Origin: an uncultured Hormoscilla sp.
Lineage (GTDB): Bacteria > Cyanobacteriota > Cyanobacteriia > Cyanobacteriales > Desertifilaceae
Assembly: GCA_963921275.4 (NCBI GenBank)
Contig: OZ001293.3
Span: 4,480,001 to 4,544,000, forward strand
DNA: 64,000 nt
Direction of reading: 5' to 3'
Shown here: in pieces, positions 1 through 11,718 of the stretch
Layout: each line of letters opens with the position of its first letter
Numbering within the stretch: position 1 is the first letter of the stretch
Program-made: the position numbers and the translations under genes
Notes under the pieces: generated by a model
Seen by the model: the letters and a program-made list of their open reading frames with translations, nothing else
Database searches by the model: none
What the model was told of the DNA's origin: nothing

Positions 1-3000
1 GTTAGGGAATCTTTCCAATTTGGAGAATCTCCGGCTGTTCTCCAACCAACTGACTGGCAGCATCCCGACGGAGCTAGGGAATCTTTCCAATTTGGAGGAG
101 CTCGAGCTGTACTCCAACCAACTGACTGGCAGCATCCCGAAGGAGTTAGGGAATCTTTCCAATTTGCAACTTCTCCAGTCGTAGGGACTTTGTCTACTAC
201 CGACCCCGACGAGGGAGATAGCTTTACCTACATGCTTGGATCGGGCAACAATGCCTTTACTATAGTAGGGGACCAACTGCTAACTAACAGTTCTTTGGAC
301 TTTGAGACTCAGTCCAGTTACAGCATCCGCGTCCAGACTACTGACTCTGCTAATAACAGTTATTCGGAGGTCTTGACTATTAACGTGAATGATGTTCCCG
401 AACCTCCTACCTCCATAGTCTTTAGCAGCAGCAGCATCAACGAAAACTCTCCATTGGGTGCAGTCGTAGGGACTTTGTCTACTACTGACCCCGACGAGGG
501 AGATAGCTTTACCTACATGCTTGGATCGGGCAACAATGCCTTTACTATAGTAGGGGACCAACTGCTAACTAACAGTTCTTTGGACTTTGAGACTCAGTCC
601 AGTTACAGCATCCGCGTCCAGACTACTGACTCTGCTAGTAATAGTTTTGAGGAGGTCTTGACTATTAATGTGAATGATGTCGGCGAGTCTCCTACCGACC
701 TAGTCCTTAGCAACAGCAGCATTGATGAAAACTCTCCATTGGGTGCAGTCGTAGGGACTTTGTCTACTACCGACCCCGACGAGGGAGATAGCTTTACCTA
801 CATGCTTGGATCGGGCAACAATGCTTTTACTATAGTAGGGGACCAACTGCTAACTAACAGTTCTTTGGACTTTGAGACTCAGTCCAGTTACAGCATCTGC
901 GTCCAGACTACTGATGCTGGTGGGCTTAGTTACTCGGAGGCTTTTACTATTAATGTCAACGATGTCAACGAGTCTCCTACCGATCTAGTCCTTAGCAACA
1001 GCAGCATTGATGAAAACTCTCCTGATAATGCAGTCGTAGGGACTTTTTCAACTACCGACGAAGATAATGGAGATACCTTTACCTACCAGTTAGTCGGAGG
1101 CGACGATGCCTTTACTATAGTAGGGGACCAACTGCTAACTAACAGTTCTTTAGACTTTGAGACTCAGTCCAGTTACAGCTTCCGCGTCCAGACTACTGAT
1201 GCTGGTGGGCTTAGTTACTCGGAAGCCTTGACTATTAGCGTCAACAATGTCAACGAGTCTCCGACCTCCATAGTCCTTAGCAACAGCAGCATTGATGAAA
1301 ACTCTCCATTGGGTGCAGTCGTAGGGACTTTGTCTACTACCGACCCCGACGAGGGAGATAGCTTTACCTACATGCTTGGATCGGGCAACAATGCCTTTAC
1401 TATAGTAGGGGACCAACTGCTAACTAACAGTTCTTTGGACTTTGAGACTCAGTCCAGTTACAGCCTCCGCGTCCAGACTACTGACTCTGCTAGTAATAGT
1501 TTTGAGGAGGTCTTGACTATTAATGTTATTGATGAAGCAGAGAATTCTTCTCCTACCGATATAGTTCTTAGCAGCAGTAGTATTGATGAAAATTCTCCAT
1601 TGGGTGCAGTTGTGGGGACTTTCTCTACTACTGACCCCGACGAAGGAGATAGCTTTACCTACATGCTTGGATCGGGCAACAATGCCTTTACTATAGTAGG
1701 GGACCAACTGCTAACTAACAGTTCCCCTGACTTTGAGACCCAGTCCAGTTACAGCATCCGCGTCCAGACTACTGACTCTACTGGGAACAGTTACTCAGAA
1801 GCCTTGACTATTAGCGTCATTGATGTTCCCGAACCTCCGACCTCCATAGTCCTTAGCAACAGCAGCATTGATTCTAACTCCCCTGATAATGCAGTCGTAG
1901 GGACTTTCTCAACTACCGATCCTGACTCTTCCGATCCCTTTACCTACCAGTTAGTCACAGGCGACGGTGCCGATGATAACGACGCCTTCACCATAGAAGG
2001 GAACTCACTGCTAACTAACAGTTCCCCTGACTTTGAGACCCAGTCCAGTTACAGCATCCGCGTCCAGACTACTGACTCTACTGGGAACAGTTACTCAGAA
2101 GCCTTGACTATTAGCGTCATTGATGTTGCTGTAGAGAACTCCGATCCTATCGATATCGACCTCAGCAACAGCAGCATTGATGAAAACGTCTAAGTCAATA
2201 CTGTCGTAGGGACTTTCTCAACTACCGACCCTGACATTGGAGATACCTTTACCTACCGGTTAGTCGGAGGCGCTGGTGCCGATGATAACGCCGCTTTCAC
2301 CATAGTAGGGGACCAATTGCGAATTAATAGTTCTCCGGACTTTGAGACTCAGTCGAGTTACCTCATCCGCGTCCAAACTACCGACTCTGTTGGGGCCAGT
2401 CGCGAGGAGGCCTTCATGATTAACGTCAATGATGTTGCCGAGTTTCCTACCGACCTAGTTCTCAGCAACAATAGCATTAATGAAGACTCTCCATTGGGTG
2501 CAGTTGTGGGGACTTTCTCTACTGCTGATCCTGACGATGAAGATAGCTTTACCTACGAGTTAGTCTTCGGCAACAATGCTTTTACTATAGTAGGGGACCA
2601 ACTGCTAACTAACAGTTCTTTGGACTTTGAGACTCAGTCCAGTTACAGCCTCCGCGTCCAGACTACTGACTCTGCTAGTAATAGTTTTGAGGAGGTCTTG
2701 ACTATTAATGTCAACGATGTCGGCGAGTCTCCTACCGACCTAGTCCTTAGCAGCAGCAGCATTGATGAAAACTCTCCATTGGGTGCAGTTGTGGGAACTT
2801 TCTCTACTACTGACCCCGACGAGGGAGATAGCTTTACCTACATGCTTGTCTCCGGCAACAATGCCTTTACTATAGTAGGGGACCAACTGCTAACTAACAG
2901 TTCTTTGGACTTTGAGACTCAGTCCAGTTACAGCCTCCGCGTCCAGACTACTGACTCTGCTAGTAATAGTTTTGAGGAGGTCTTGACTATTAATGTTATT

Positions 3001-4850
3001 GATGAAGCAGAGAATTCTTCTCCTACTGATATAATTCTTAGCAGCAGCAGCATCAACGAAAACTCTCCATTGGGTGCAGTTGTGGGGACTTTGTCTACTA
3101 CTGACCCCGACGAGGGAGATAGCTTTACCTACATGCTTGTCTCCGGCAACAATGCCTTTACTATAGTAGGGGACCAACTGCTAACTAACAGTTCTTTGGA
3201 CTTTGAGACTCAGTCCAGTTACAGCCTCCGCGTCCAGACTACTGACTCTGCTAGTAATAGTTTTGAGGAGGTCTTGACTATTAACGTGAATGATGTTGCA
3301 GAGAATTCTTCTCCTACCTCCATAGTCCTTAGCAGCAGCAGCATCAACGAAAACTCTCCATTGGGTGCAGTTGTGGGGACTTTGTCTACTACTGACCCCG
3401 ACGAGGGAGATAGCTTTACCTACATGCTTGTCTCCGGCAACAATGCCTTTACTATAGTAGGGGACCAACTGCTAACTAACAGTTCTTTGGACTTTGAGAC
3501 TCAGTCCAGTTACAGCCTCCGCGTCCAGACTACTGACTCTGCTAGTAATAGTTTTGAGGAGGTCTTGACTATTAACGTGAATGATGTTGCAGAGAATTCT
3601 TCTCCTACCTCCATAGTCCTTAGCAGCAGCAGCATCAACGAAAACTCTCCATTGGGTGCAGTTGTGGGGACTTTGTCTACTAGCGATCCCGACGAGGGAG
3701 ATAGCTTTACCTACATGCTTGTCTCGGGCAACAATGCCTTCACCATAGTAGGGAACCAACTGCGAATTAACAGTTCCCCTGACTTTGAGACTCAGTCCAG
3801 TTACAGCCTCCGCGTCCAGACTACTGACTCAACTGGGGCCAGTTACTCGGAGGTCTTGATTATTAACGTCAACGATGTCGGCGAGTCTCCTACCGACCTA
3901 GTCCTTAGTAGCAGCAACATCAATGAAGATTCCCTATTGGGTGCAGTCGTGGAACTTTGTCTACTACCGATCCCGATAATGGAGATACTTTTACTTACCA
4001 GTTAGTCTCGGGCGACGGTGACGATGATAATGCTGCTTTCACTATAGTGGGGGACCAACTGCGAATTAACAGTTCTCCGGATTTTGAGACTCAGGAGATT
4101 TACAGGATATTCGTTCAGACTACCGACTCGACTGGGAAAAGTTACTCGGAGGCTTTGATTATTAATGTGAACAATGTTGCTGAGTCTCCTACTGATATAG
4201 TTCTTAGTAATGGCAGCATCAATTCTAATTCCCGCGCGGGTGCGATCGTGGGGACTTTCGGAACTAGCGATCCGGACGGGGGAAATACTTTTACCTATGG
4301 GTTAATCTCTGGTTTTGGTGACGATGATAACGCTGCTTTCACTATAGTAGGGGACCAACTGCTAATTAATAGTTCTCCGGCTTTGGAGATGAGGTCGAGT
4401 TACAGCATCCGCGTTCAGACTACTGACGTTACTGGGGCCAGTTACTCGGAGGCTTTGATTATTAATGTGAACGATGTTGCCGAATCTTTTACTGACCTTA
4501 ACTTCAGCAATACTCGTCAACCCCTAACTCTCAACCCCCAACCCCTAACTTTATCACTCTTTGAGAAGGAGGAGGAGGACACTCTGATCGGCGGGGAGGG
4601 AAGCGATCGCTTCTACGGAAACCATGGAAGCGATCGTCTCTACGAAGGATCAGAGGCCAATATTTTTGTTCTGGAGTCGGACATGATGGGTACTATCATA
4701 GACTTTGAAGATTATACGGACTTTATCAGGCTAGCAGGAGGTTCTCAGGGCCTCGATACCTGGATTAATTTTGAATCGAAAACCATGGCCACCCTGCAGG
4801 GGATTGATGAGACCCTGATTAATGTCGATGATTTCACTGTGGTTAATTGA
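1..4850 (+). pseudogene. Large LRR + ~15 cadherin-repeat surface protein with C-terminal RTX-like Ca-binding remnant; broken (5' part lies outside the window)
   Basis: Frame 2 from nt 2 reads [34 protein letters not shown] (24-aa plant-type LRR) and joins out of frame to cadherin repeats (TDPD..FTY, FTIVG, DFETQSSYSIRV, ~94-100 aa units) near nt 177. There is an in-frame TAA at 2191-2193 and a frameshift near 3950. GGEGSD/GNHGSD nonapeptide-like motifs lie near the end. Confidence 0.85.
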
Positions 4851-5305
4851 AGTTTACCACGATTGGGGGAACCGCGAGGCGATCTAGTTGAAAACTCCGA
4901 CCCTCTACCTCCTACTTTGGCAATCTTCTGCGATGGGGAGGACATCGATAGAAAAGAAGCACGGGGAAGTGCCTGACTACTGAGGTAAAGTGCCGCACTC
5001 AGTCGGGGAAGTGCCTGACTCAGTCGGGGGACTCTATGTATGGGAAGCGTGAAACAAATGGGGCGGGTAGATATAAAAGACCGCTTTCAGCACGTGATTC
5101 ATTTCGTAGGTTTCACTGTAGTAAATGTCACACGCCTGGCAATGGTGGATGGTGCGGCTACCGTTGTGTTGAGTCTCAGGGAGGATCGCACTACCCCCGA
5201 GATATCGTAGTCGCACAAAAGGGGAGACACAGCTCTCTGGCTATTCAAGCGATCTTCGTCTCTTCCCTTGGTCCCATTCCTCTGTCCCCACTTGTTCGCC
5301 ATCTA

Positions 5306-6949
5306 TCAACTCCATCTTTTCTCTGAGTCAATCACTGCGGGTTCATCAGCAATTAAGTTTTCCACCCCTACGCCTTCATCTTCTAGTTCACTTTCGCGGT
5401 TCACTTGCACGGGGATAGCGTTAATAATGGCATCTAATACTTTACCTACAGGGATAATGTTCATACCCAAATCTGGCAAGGACTGACCTTTTGGTATAAT
5501 TGCTTTCTTAAATCCCAACTTGGCAGCTTCTTTGAGGCGTAACTCTAGCTGGGAAACCGGTCGCACCTGTCCGCCTAAACCCACTTCCCCAATGATGACC
5601 ATGCGCGGATCGACAGAGCGATCGCGAAAACTGGCGACCACGGCCACGGCAATTCCCAAGTCAGCTGCCGGTTCTTCAACTCTCAACCCGCCAGCAGAAG
5701 CTACATAAGTATCTAACTTAGACAGGGGAATGCCTACTCGCTTTTCTAACACTGCCAGAATTTGTAGCAGTCGATTGCTTTCCACCCCAGTCGTTGACCG
5801 GCGAGGGGAACCATAGCTCGTGGGACTCACCAGAGCTTGCAATTCCACGACAATAGGGCGGGTGCCTTCCAAGGCCACAATATTGGCCGTTCCCGAGACT
5901 AATTCATCCCGGTTGCCCAGAAATAGCTCCGAGGGATTGGAAATCTCCTTTAATCCCATGGCCACCATTTCAAATACCCCGATTTCGTGGGTAGCACCAA
6001 AACGGTTTTTCATCGAGCGCAGCAGCCGGTGGGAGGCAAAGCGATCGCCCTCAAAATAGAGTACCGTATCTACCAGATGTTCCAGCACGCGCGGACCCGC
6101 GATCGACCCTTCTTTAGTTACGTGACCGACAATAAATAAGTTAATATTTTCCCGCTTCGCCACCTGCATCAGAGCAGAGGTACATTCCCGCACTTGAGCC
6201 ACCGAACCGGGAGCTGAAGTCAGGGAGGGAAAATAGATAGTCTGGATACTGTCAATCACGGCCATCTGGGGTTTGAGAGATTCCAGTTCCCTGAGAATTT
6301 CCTCCAAGTCAGTTTCTGGCAGCAAGTAGAAATCAGTCTCTGATGCCTCTGGAGTAGTGCTCTGGGCGCTCTTCACAGACAGCGGATTTTCTCTTGTCTC
6401 CTGTTTTTCTGTCTCCTGTTCTCCTGTGGGCCCATTGGACCCATTCGTCCAATCGGTCTCCAGTTGAGAAGCTCCTACACCTAAGCGTTGACTGCGCAAT
6501 TTCATCTGCTGACCTGATTCTTCCGCTGATACATAGAGCACCCGATGCTGGTAAGATAATTGGTTAGCTACCTGAAGCAGCAGCGTCGATTTGCCAATTC
6601 CGGGCTCTCCCCCAATCAGTACTAGCGATCCCGGTACAATCCCACCCCCTAACACCCGATCGAGTTCCCCATAACCAGAGGGCCAGCGAGACACAGTCGT
6701 ATCCTTGATCTCCGATAGCTTGAAAGCTGCTCTGGGTTGACCAGATTTTTGGCTTGACTCCTGGTCTCCTCCCATGTCCCGTCTCCAGGAAGAACCGTTC
6801 AAACTCGGTCTCGTCTGGCCAATTGTGCTTAAGCCACCAGCTTGCTCGATCAGGGAATCCCAGCTGTCACAGAATGGACATTTGCCAAACCATTGTGAGG
6901 ACTCCCCCCCGCATTGGTTACATACATATATGGTTTTCGGCTTTGGCAT
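5306..6949 (-). CDS. radA: DNA repair protein RadA/Sms
   Basis: CxxC-CxxC zinc finger, GGEPGIGKST Walker A, KNRFG motif, Lon-like C-terminus. Confidence 0.97.
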   Translation of the reverse strand: MPKPKTIYVCNQCGGESSQWFGKCPFCDSWDSLIEQAGGLSTIGQTRPSLNGSSWRRDMGGDQESSQKSGQPRAAFKLSEIKDTTVSRWPSGYGELDRVLGGGIVPGSLVLIGGEPGIGKSTLLLQVANQLSYQHRVLYVSAEESGQQMKLRSQRLGVGASQLETDWTNGSNGPTGEQETEKQETRENPLSVKSAQSTTPEASETDFYLLPETDLEEILRELESLKPQMAVIDSIQTIYFPSLTSAPGSVAQVRECTSALMQVAKRENINLFIVGHVTKEGSIAGPRVLEHLVDTVLYFEGDRFASHRLLRSMKNRFGATHEIGVFEMVAMGLKEISNPSELFLGNRDELVSGTANIVALEGTRPIVVELQALVSPTSYGSPRRSTTGVESNRLLQILAVLEKRVGIPLSKLDTYVASAGGLRVEEPAADLGIAVAVVASFRDRSVDPRMVIIGEVGLGGQVRPVSQLELRLKEAAKLGFKKAIIPKGQSLPDLGMNIIPVGKVLDAIINAIPVQVNRESELEDEGVGVENLIADEPAVIDSEKRWS

Positions 6950-7217
6950 GGGGTGGTATACAAAAGTTAAATTATCTTAAAATTTTTTCATACTACCATC
7001 GACGATCCAGAAAGGACGGACTTGATGAGAGGAGCGTCAAGAAACCACAAGCTTATAGTTGCCAGATCCTCAATATTTCCTTAAAGTATACTAGAGTTGC
7101 TTGGTTGAAACTGAATACCTGCTTTCTGCTCTCGGCCATCACCTTACTACAGAAAGTGCTGATTATTGTTAAGATAAATCAAATTAGTATGATAAATCAT
7201 TGATAAAGGATTAAGGA

Positions 7218-7958
7218 GTGTTAAGTCCTTTGGAGATTCACAAAGAAAAAATTCTGGTCGTTGATGACGAAGCGAGTATCCGGCGCATCTTAGAGACACG
7301 GTTGTCTATGATTGGCTATGATGTAGTGACAGCAGGCGATGGCGAAGAAGCTCTAAAAACCTTCCGCAACAGCTTTCCCGACCTAGTAGTACTGGATGTG
7401 ATGATGCCAAAGTTAGATGGTTATGGTGTATGTCAGGAGTTACGCAAAGAGTCTGACGTGCCGATCATTATGCTAACGGCTTTGGGAGATGTGGCGGACC
7501 GGATCACGGGTCTGGAGTTGGGAGCGGATGATTACGTAGTCAAACCCTTTTCTCCCAAAGAACTAGAAGCCCGCATCCGTTCGGTGTTGCGCCGAGTAGA
7601 GAAAACCGGAACCTCAGGAATACCGAGTTCGGGAGTGATCTACGTGAGCAGTTTGCGCATTGACACCAATAAGCGACAGGTATATAAAGGAAATGAGCGC
7701 ATCCGGCTGACAGGGATGGAGTTCTCTCTGTTGGAACTGTTAGTCAGCCGCTCTGGAGAAGCATTTTCCCGCTCAGAAATCTTGCAGGAAGTGTGGGGCT
7801 ACACGCCAGAACGTCATGTAGATACCCGGGTGGTGGATGTCCACATCTCTCGTCTGCGAGCCAAGTTGGAAGACGATCTCAGTAACCCAGAGTTGATTCT
7901 GACAGCCAGAGGCACTGGCTACCTGTTCCAGCGAATTATGGACGGGCCCGATATTTGA
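7218..7958 (+). CDS. rpaB: OmpR-family response regulator RpaB (Ycf27)
   Basis: KEKILVVDDEASIRRILETRLSMIGYDV N-terminus and winged-helix C-terminus; conserved radA-rpaB-plsX context. The true start may be the TTG at 7230. Confidence 0.95.
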   Translation: MLSPLEIHKEKILVVDDEASIRRILETRLSMIGYDVVTAGDGEEALKTFRNSFPDLVVLDVMMPKLDGYGVCQELRKESDVPIIMLTALGDVADRITGLELGADDYVVKPFSPKELEARIRSVLRRVEKTGTSGIPSSGVIYVSSLRIDTNKRQVYKGNERIRLTGMEFSLLELLVSRSGEAFSRSEILQEVWGYTPERHVDTRVVDVHISRLRAKLEDDLSNPELILTARGTGYLFQRIMDGPDI

Positions 7959-8033
7959 CTTGCGCCTGGTAAAGGCAGTACACTTATGTCTTACCATAAG
8001 GTAGAATTTGTAAGGTTTTTATGACTTGGATAA

Positions 8034-9062
8034 ATGGGCTCAACTCCAGCAAAACCAAGGATAGCAATAGATGCTATGGGTGGGGACTACGCCCCGGACG
8101 AGATTGTCGCAGGAGCGCTGAGGGCAACTGAAGAACTCGGCGTTGAGGTGCTGCTGGTGGGAGACCCGCAGCTGATTAGAGACTCAATAGCGCAACATAC
8201 TCATTCACATCAGCTGGAAATAATTCCAGCGGACGGTGTGATTACTATGAGCGAAGAGCCTTTGGTAGGTATCAGACGCAAATCTAAAGCCTCCATCAAT
8301 GTGGCAATGGATTTAGTAAAGCGCCAAGAGGCTCGAGCAGTGGTATCGGCAGGTCATTCGGGTGCAGCAATGGCAGCCGGTCTATTGCGCTTGGGTCGTC
8401 TGCCGGGAATAGACCGGCCAGCGATCGGGGCAGTGCTGCCCACAATCGTGGCCAGTAAACAAGTCCTGATTCTGGATGTAGGGGCGAACGTGGACTGCCG
8501 GCCTCAGTTCTTAGAGCAATTTGCCATGATGGGAACAATATACAGCAAGTATGTGCTGGGCATACCAGACCCGAAGGTGGGACTGCTCAATATCGGTGAA
8601 GAATCCAGTAAGGGAGACGATCTGACAGTGCGCACTCACCAGCTACTGCAAGATAATCCGGAAATTCCCTTCATTGGTAACGCCGAGGGTCGAGATGTCC
8701 TCTCCGGCCGCTATGATGTAGTAGTTTGTGATGGCTTTGTGGGTAATGTGCTGCTGAAGTTTGCAGAAGCGATCGGTGCGGTAGTGCTGCAAATCCTTCG
8801 GGAGGAGTTGCCCCAGGGCTGGCGCGGCCAGATGGGTAAGGCACTGTTGAAACCGAACCTAAAGCGGATTAAGCAGCGGATGGACCACGCTGAACATGGC
8901 GGTGGCTTGTTGCTGGGAGTGGCCGGAATTTGCATTATCTCTCACGGGAGCTCTCAGGCTCCCTCGATATTTAATGCGATTCGCTTGGCTGCTGAGGCGA
9001 TCGAAAACCGGGTACTTGATCGCATTGTGTCTCAGTATCAAGAAATCTCGCAGCAATCATAA
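8034..9062 (+). CDS. plsX: Phosphate acyltransferase PlsX
   Basis: IAIDAMGGDYAP, SAGHSGA, LDVGANVD, CDGFVGN motifs. Confidence 0.97.
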   Translation: MGSTPAKPRIAIDAMGGDYAPDEIVAGALRATEELGVEVLLVGDPQLIRDSIAQHTHSHQLEIIPADGVITMSEEPLVGIRRKSKASINVAMDLVKRQEARAVVSAGHSGAAMAAGLLRLGRLPGIDRPAIGAVLPTIVASKQVLILDVGANVDCRPQFLEQFAMMGTIYSKYVLGIPDPKVGLLNIGEESSKGDDLTVRTHQLLQDNPEIPFIGNAEGRDVLSGRYDVVVCDGFVGNVLLKFAEAIGAVVLQILREELPQGWRGQMGKALLKPNLKRIKQRMDHAEHGGGLLLGVAGICIISHGSSQAPSIFNAIRLAAEAIENRVLDRIVSQYQEISQQS

Positions 9063-9069
9063 AATTCTC

Positions 9070-9172
9070 TGATATTAGCGGTCAGCGTTAGTGGTCAGTT
9101 GTTAGTAGTCAGTTGTTAGTGGTCAGTAGCTGGTGCAGTAGCTGATAGCTAATGGCTGATAGCTAATAGCTG
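9070..9172 (+). repeat. Degenerate heptamer-type tandem repeats (STRR-like)
   Basis: TAGTGGTCAGTTGTTAG and GCTGATAGCTAAT units between plsX and fabH; similar tracts at ~26620-26655 (GAGATTT) and ~47150-47200 (CAACTGACCACTTA). Confidence 0.6.
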
Positions 9173-9207
9173 TCAAACAGGATGGTGGTGTTCAGTGGAG
9201 AAATAAA

Positions 9208-10206
9208 TTGAATCAATTAAGCGTCGGTGTGGCAATTACCGGGAGTGGCTCGGCAACTCCAAAGGTTACTCTTGATAACGAAGGCTTGTCGAAGATAGTG
9301 GAAACCTCAGATGAGTGGATAACTTCCCGGACGGGAATTAAAACACGATGTCTGGCATCGCCGACTGAGTCTGTGACGGATATGGCGGCGGCGGCGGCAA
9401 GAGAGGCTCTCGCAATGGCTGGAATTACTCCAGCTTCTTTGGATTTAATCATTCTGACAACTTCTACTGCTGACGATCTATTTGGCAGTGCTAGTCTGAT
9501 TCAATCTCAATTAGGTGCATCAAAGGCTGTGGCTTTTGACTTGACAGCTGCTTGCTCTGGGTTTATCTTTGGTCTGGTGACAGGGGCTCAGTTTATCCGT
9601 ACAGGAACTTACTGGAATATATTGCTAGTGAGTGCAGATATTCTCTCACGCTGGGTAGATTGGTCCGATCGCAGCACTTGCGTCCTCTTTGGGGATGGTG
9701 CTGGTGCGGTGGTCATGCAGGCCCATGGGGAGGATCGGCTTTTGGGATTTGAACTCAAGAGTGATGGCAGTCAAAATGAATGTCTCCAACTAGCTTACCA
9801 GTCAGAACCAAAGGAACTGATCTCTGGAGTTGCCGTTGCTCGGGGAACCTATCAACCGATTACCATGAACGGCAAGGAAGTCTATCGCTTTGCCGTGCAG
9901 CGAGTGCCAGAAGTGCTCTCAAAAGCCCTGTTTAGAGCAAACATGAGGACAGATGAAGTAGACTGGCTACTGCTGCATCAAGCTAATCAGCGCATTCTGG
10001 ATGCTGTGGCGCAACGGTTGCAGATTCCCGACCATAAGGTGCTCAGCAATTTGGCTAACTACGGTAATACCTCAGCGGCTTCCATTCCTATTGCTTTGGA
10101 TGAAGCTGTGCGCTCTGGTAGAATTAAATATGGTGACGTTATTGCTGCTTCGGGTTTTGGTGCCGGGTTAACTTGGGGGGCAGCGGTTTTCCAATGGGGA
10201 AGGTAA
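9208..10206 (+). CDS. fabH: 3-oxoacyl-ACP synthase III
   Basis: AACSGF catalytic Cys, HQAN, GNTSAAS, GFGAGLTWG. Confidence 0.97.
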   Translation: MNQLSVGVAITGSGSATPKVTLDNEGLSKIVETSDEWITSRTGIKTRCLASPTESVTDMAAAAAREALAMAGITPASLDLIILTTSTADDLFGSASLIQSQLGASKAVAFDLTAACSGFIFGLVTGAQFIRTGTYWNILLVSADILSRWVDWSDRSTCVLFGDGAGAVVMQAHGEDRLLGFELKSDGSQNECLQLAYQSEPKELISGVAVARGTYQPITMNGKEVYRFAVQRVPEVLSKALFRANMRTDEVDWLLLHQANQRILDAVAQRLQIPDHKVLSNLANYGNTSAASIPIALDEAVRSGRIKYGDVIAASGFGAGLTWGAAVFQWGR

Positions 10207-10207
10207 G

Positions 10208-10795
10208 GTGACATTATGGTCGGAGGAGAAAAAACAACGAAAAAACTGGGATTTGTGCTATCAAAAGAAAGTTAAGATGGGATCGAAATTGATTAACCAT
10301 CAAGTTCCTTTAGATTTAATGGATGATGACGATGAAATATGTCACTTGGCTAGAAAATTATCTGCTAGTAGAATGCGCTGTGCGCACGCTGCGCGATCGA
10401 CAGCAGTTTTGGCATTTGTTGTTGATAATGGTTTGCACTAGATTTTCTGTACGAAAATTATCAGTTAGTAGTTGAACTCAAACCCAGATGGATTTAGGCT
10501 TGGCTTTGATGAGGTAAATGATCCGGGACTGGAACGATTTAAGAGAAATCCCCATAATTTTTTACAATCCAGGATCCCGGGTAATAAATGGCAGTATATT
10601 AATCATATTATGACAGCAGGTCGAGCTAGAAATATAGATGACACGGGAGAAGTAGTGCCAGAGCACTTGTCGCTATTATTAGGCATTGATGAAGAGCGTG
10701 CTTTGTCAGGATACCATAAATTGGAAAATGGCTATTGGTCCGATGACACTCCCATTATTGAAGATGCTAGTGAATTTAAGTTAGTTAAACGTTAA
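10208..10795 (+). pseudogene. Degraded hypothetical gene between fabH and fabD
   Basis: Two ORF fragments (10208-10441, 10472-10795) separated by stops; GC-rich micro-insertion near 10375-10400. Confidence 0.35.
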
Positions 10796-10808
10796 AGAAA
10801 TCAAAAAA

Positions 10809-11690
10809 GTGATGAAAACTGCATGGGTGTTTCCCGGACAAGGTTCCCAAGAAGTAGGTATGGGAGTGGACTTAAAAGATATACCAGCTGCTAAAGAAAA
10901 ATTCGAGAAAGCTGAGCAAATTTTAGGTTTGTCGATCCTAAAACTATGCCAAAGTGACAAAGAAAAGCTATCTCGGACTCTATATACTCAGCCTTGCATT
11001 TATGCGATCGAAAGCATTCTGGCTGATTTGATGCGGTCCCAGGGACATGAACCTGATTTGGTTGCAGGTCACAGTCTGGGAGAATATGTGGCTCTCTATA
11101 CGGCGGGTGTGTTTGATTTTGTCACGGGATTAAAGCTGGTCTATGAGCGTGCAAAACTGATGGATAGTGCTGCGGGTGGTAAGATGATGGGGTTAATGGG
11201 GTTCTCACGCTCCGAGTTGGAAGCCGCAATCTCACAAACCCCGGATGTGGTGTTAGCGAATGACAATAGTGCGGCTCAAGTGGTGATTTCTGGTACGGAT
11301 GCTGCGGTGGAAACGGTGATAGTCCAGGTGAAGGTGAAACGTGCTGTGCCATTAAAGGTCTCGGGTGCCTTTCATTCTCCGTTAATGGCACCCGTGGCGA
11401 CTGAGTTTCAGCAACTTTTGGAGTCGGTTTCCTTTGCTGATGCTCGAGTACCGGTACTATCTAACGTGGAACCGGTGCCAGCAACAGCGGCAGCCGTGTT
11501 GAAACAGCGTCTGAAACAGCAGATAACGGGTTCGGTGCGGTGGCGGGAAATCTGCCTGCAATTACCCCAGTCCGGAATTGAGCGAGTGGTGGAAATTGGA
11601 CCAGGTAAGGTGCTTACGGGTCTGATTAAACGCACTTGTGCCGAATTGCTCTTAGAAAATGTCAGCGGTCTTGCTGATTTGCCAAGTTAA
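10809..11690 (+). CDS. fabD: Malonyl-CoA:ACP transacylase
   Basis: FPGQGSQ, GHSLGEY, VSGAFHS, EIGPG. Confidence 0.97.
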   Translation: MMKTAWVFPGQGSQEVGMGVDLKDIPAAKEKFEKAEQILGLSILKLCQSDKEKLSRTLYTQPCIYAIESILADLMRSQGHEPDLVAGHSLGEYVALYTAGVFDFVTGLKLVYERAKLMDSAAGGKMMGLMGFSRSELEAAISQTPDVVLANDNSAAQVVISGTDAAVETVIVQVKVKRAVPLKVSGAFHSPLMAPVATEFQQLLESVSFADARVPVLSNVEPVPATAAAVLKQRLKQQITGSVRWREICLQLPQSGIERVVEIGPGKVLTGLIKRTCAELLLENVSGLADLPS

Positions 11691-11718
11691 CCTAACCTTA
11701 ACCTGCGAGCGAGTATCT

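Noticed and set aside
280..3759. Repeated 88-95 aa minus-strand ORFs (MVPYYSKG…)
   Set aside because: Antisense shadows of the cadherin repeats.
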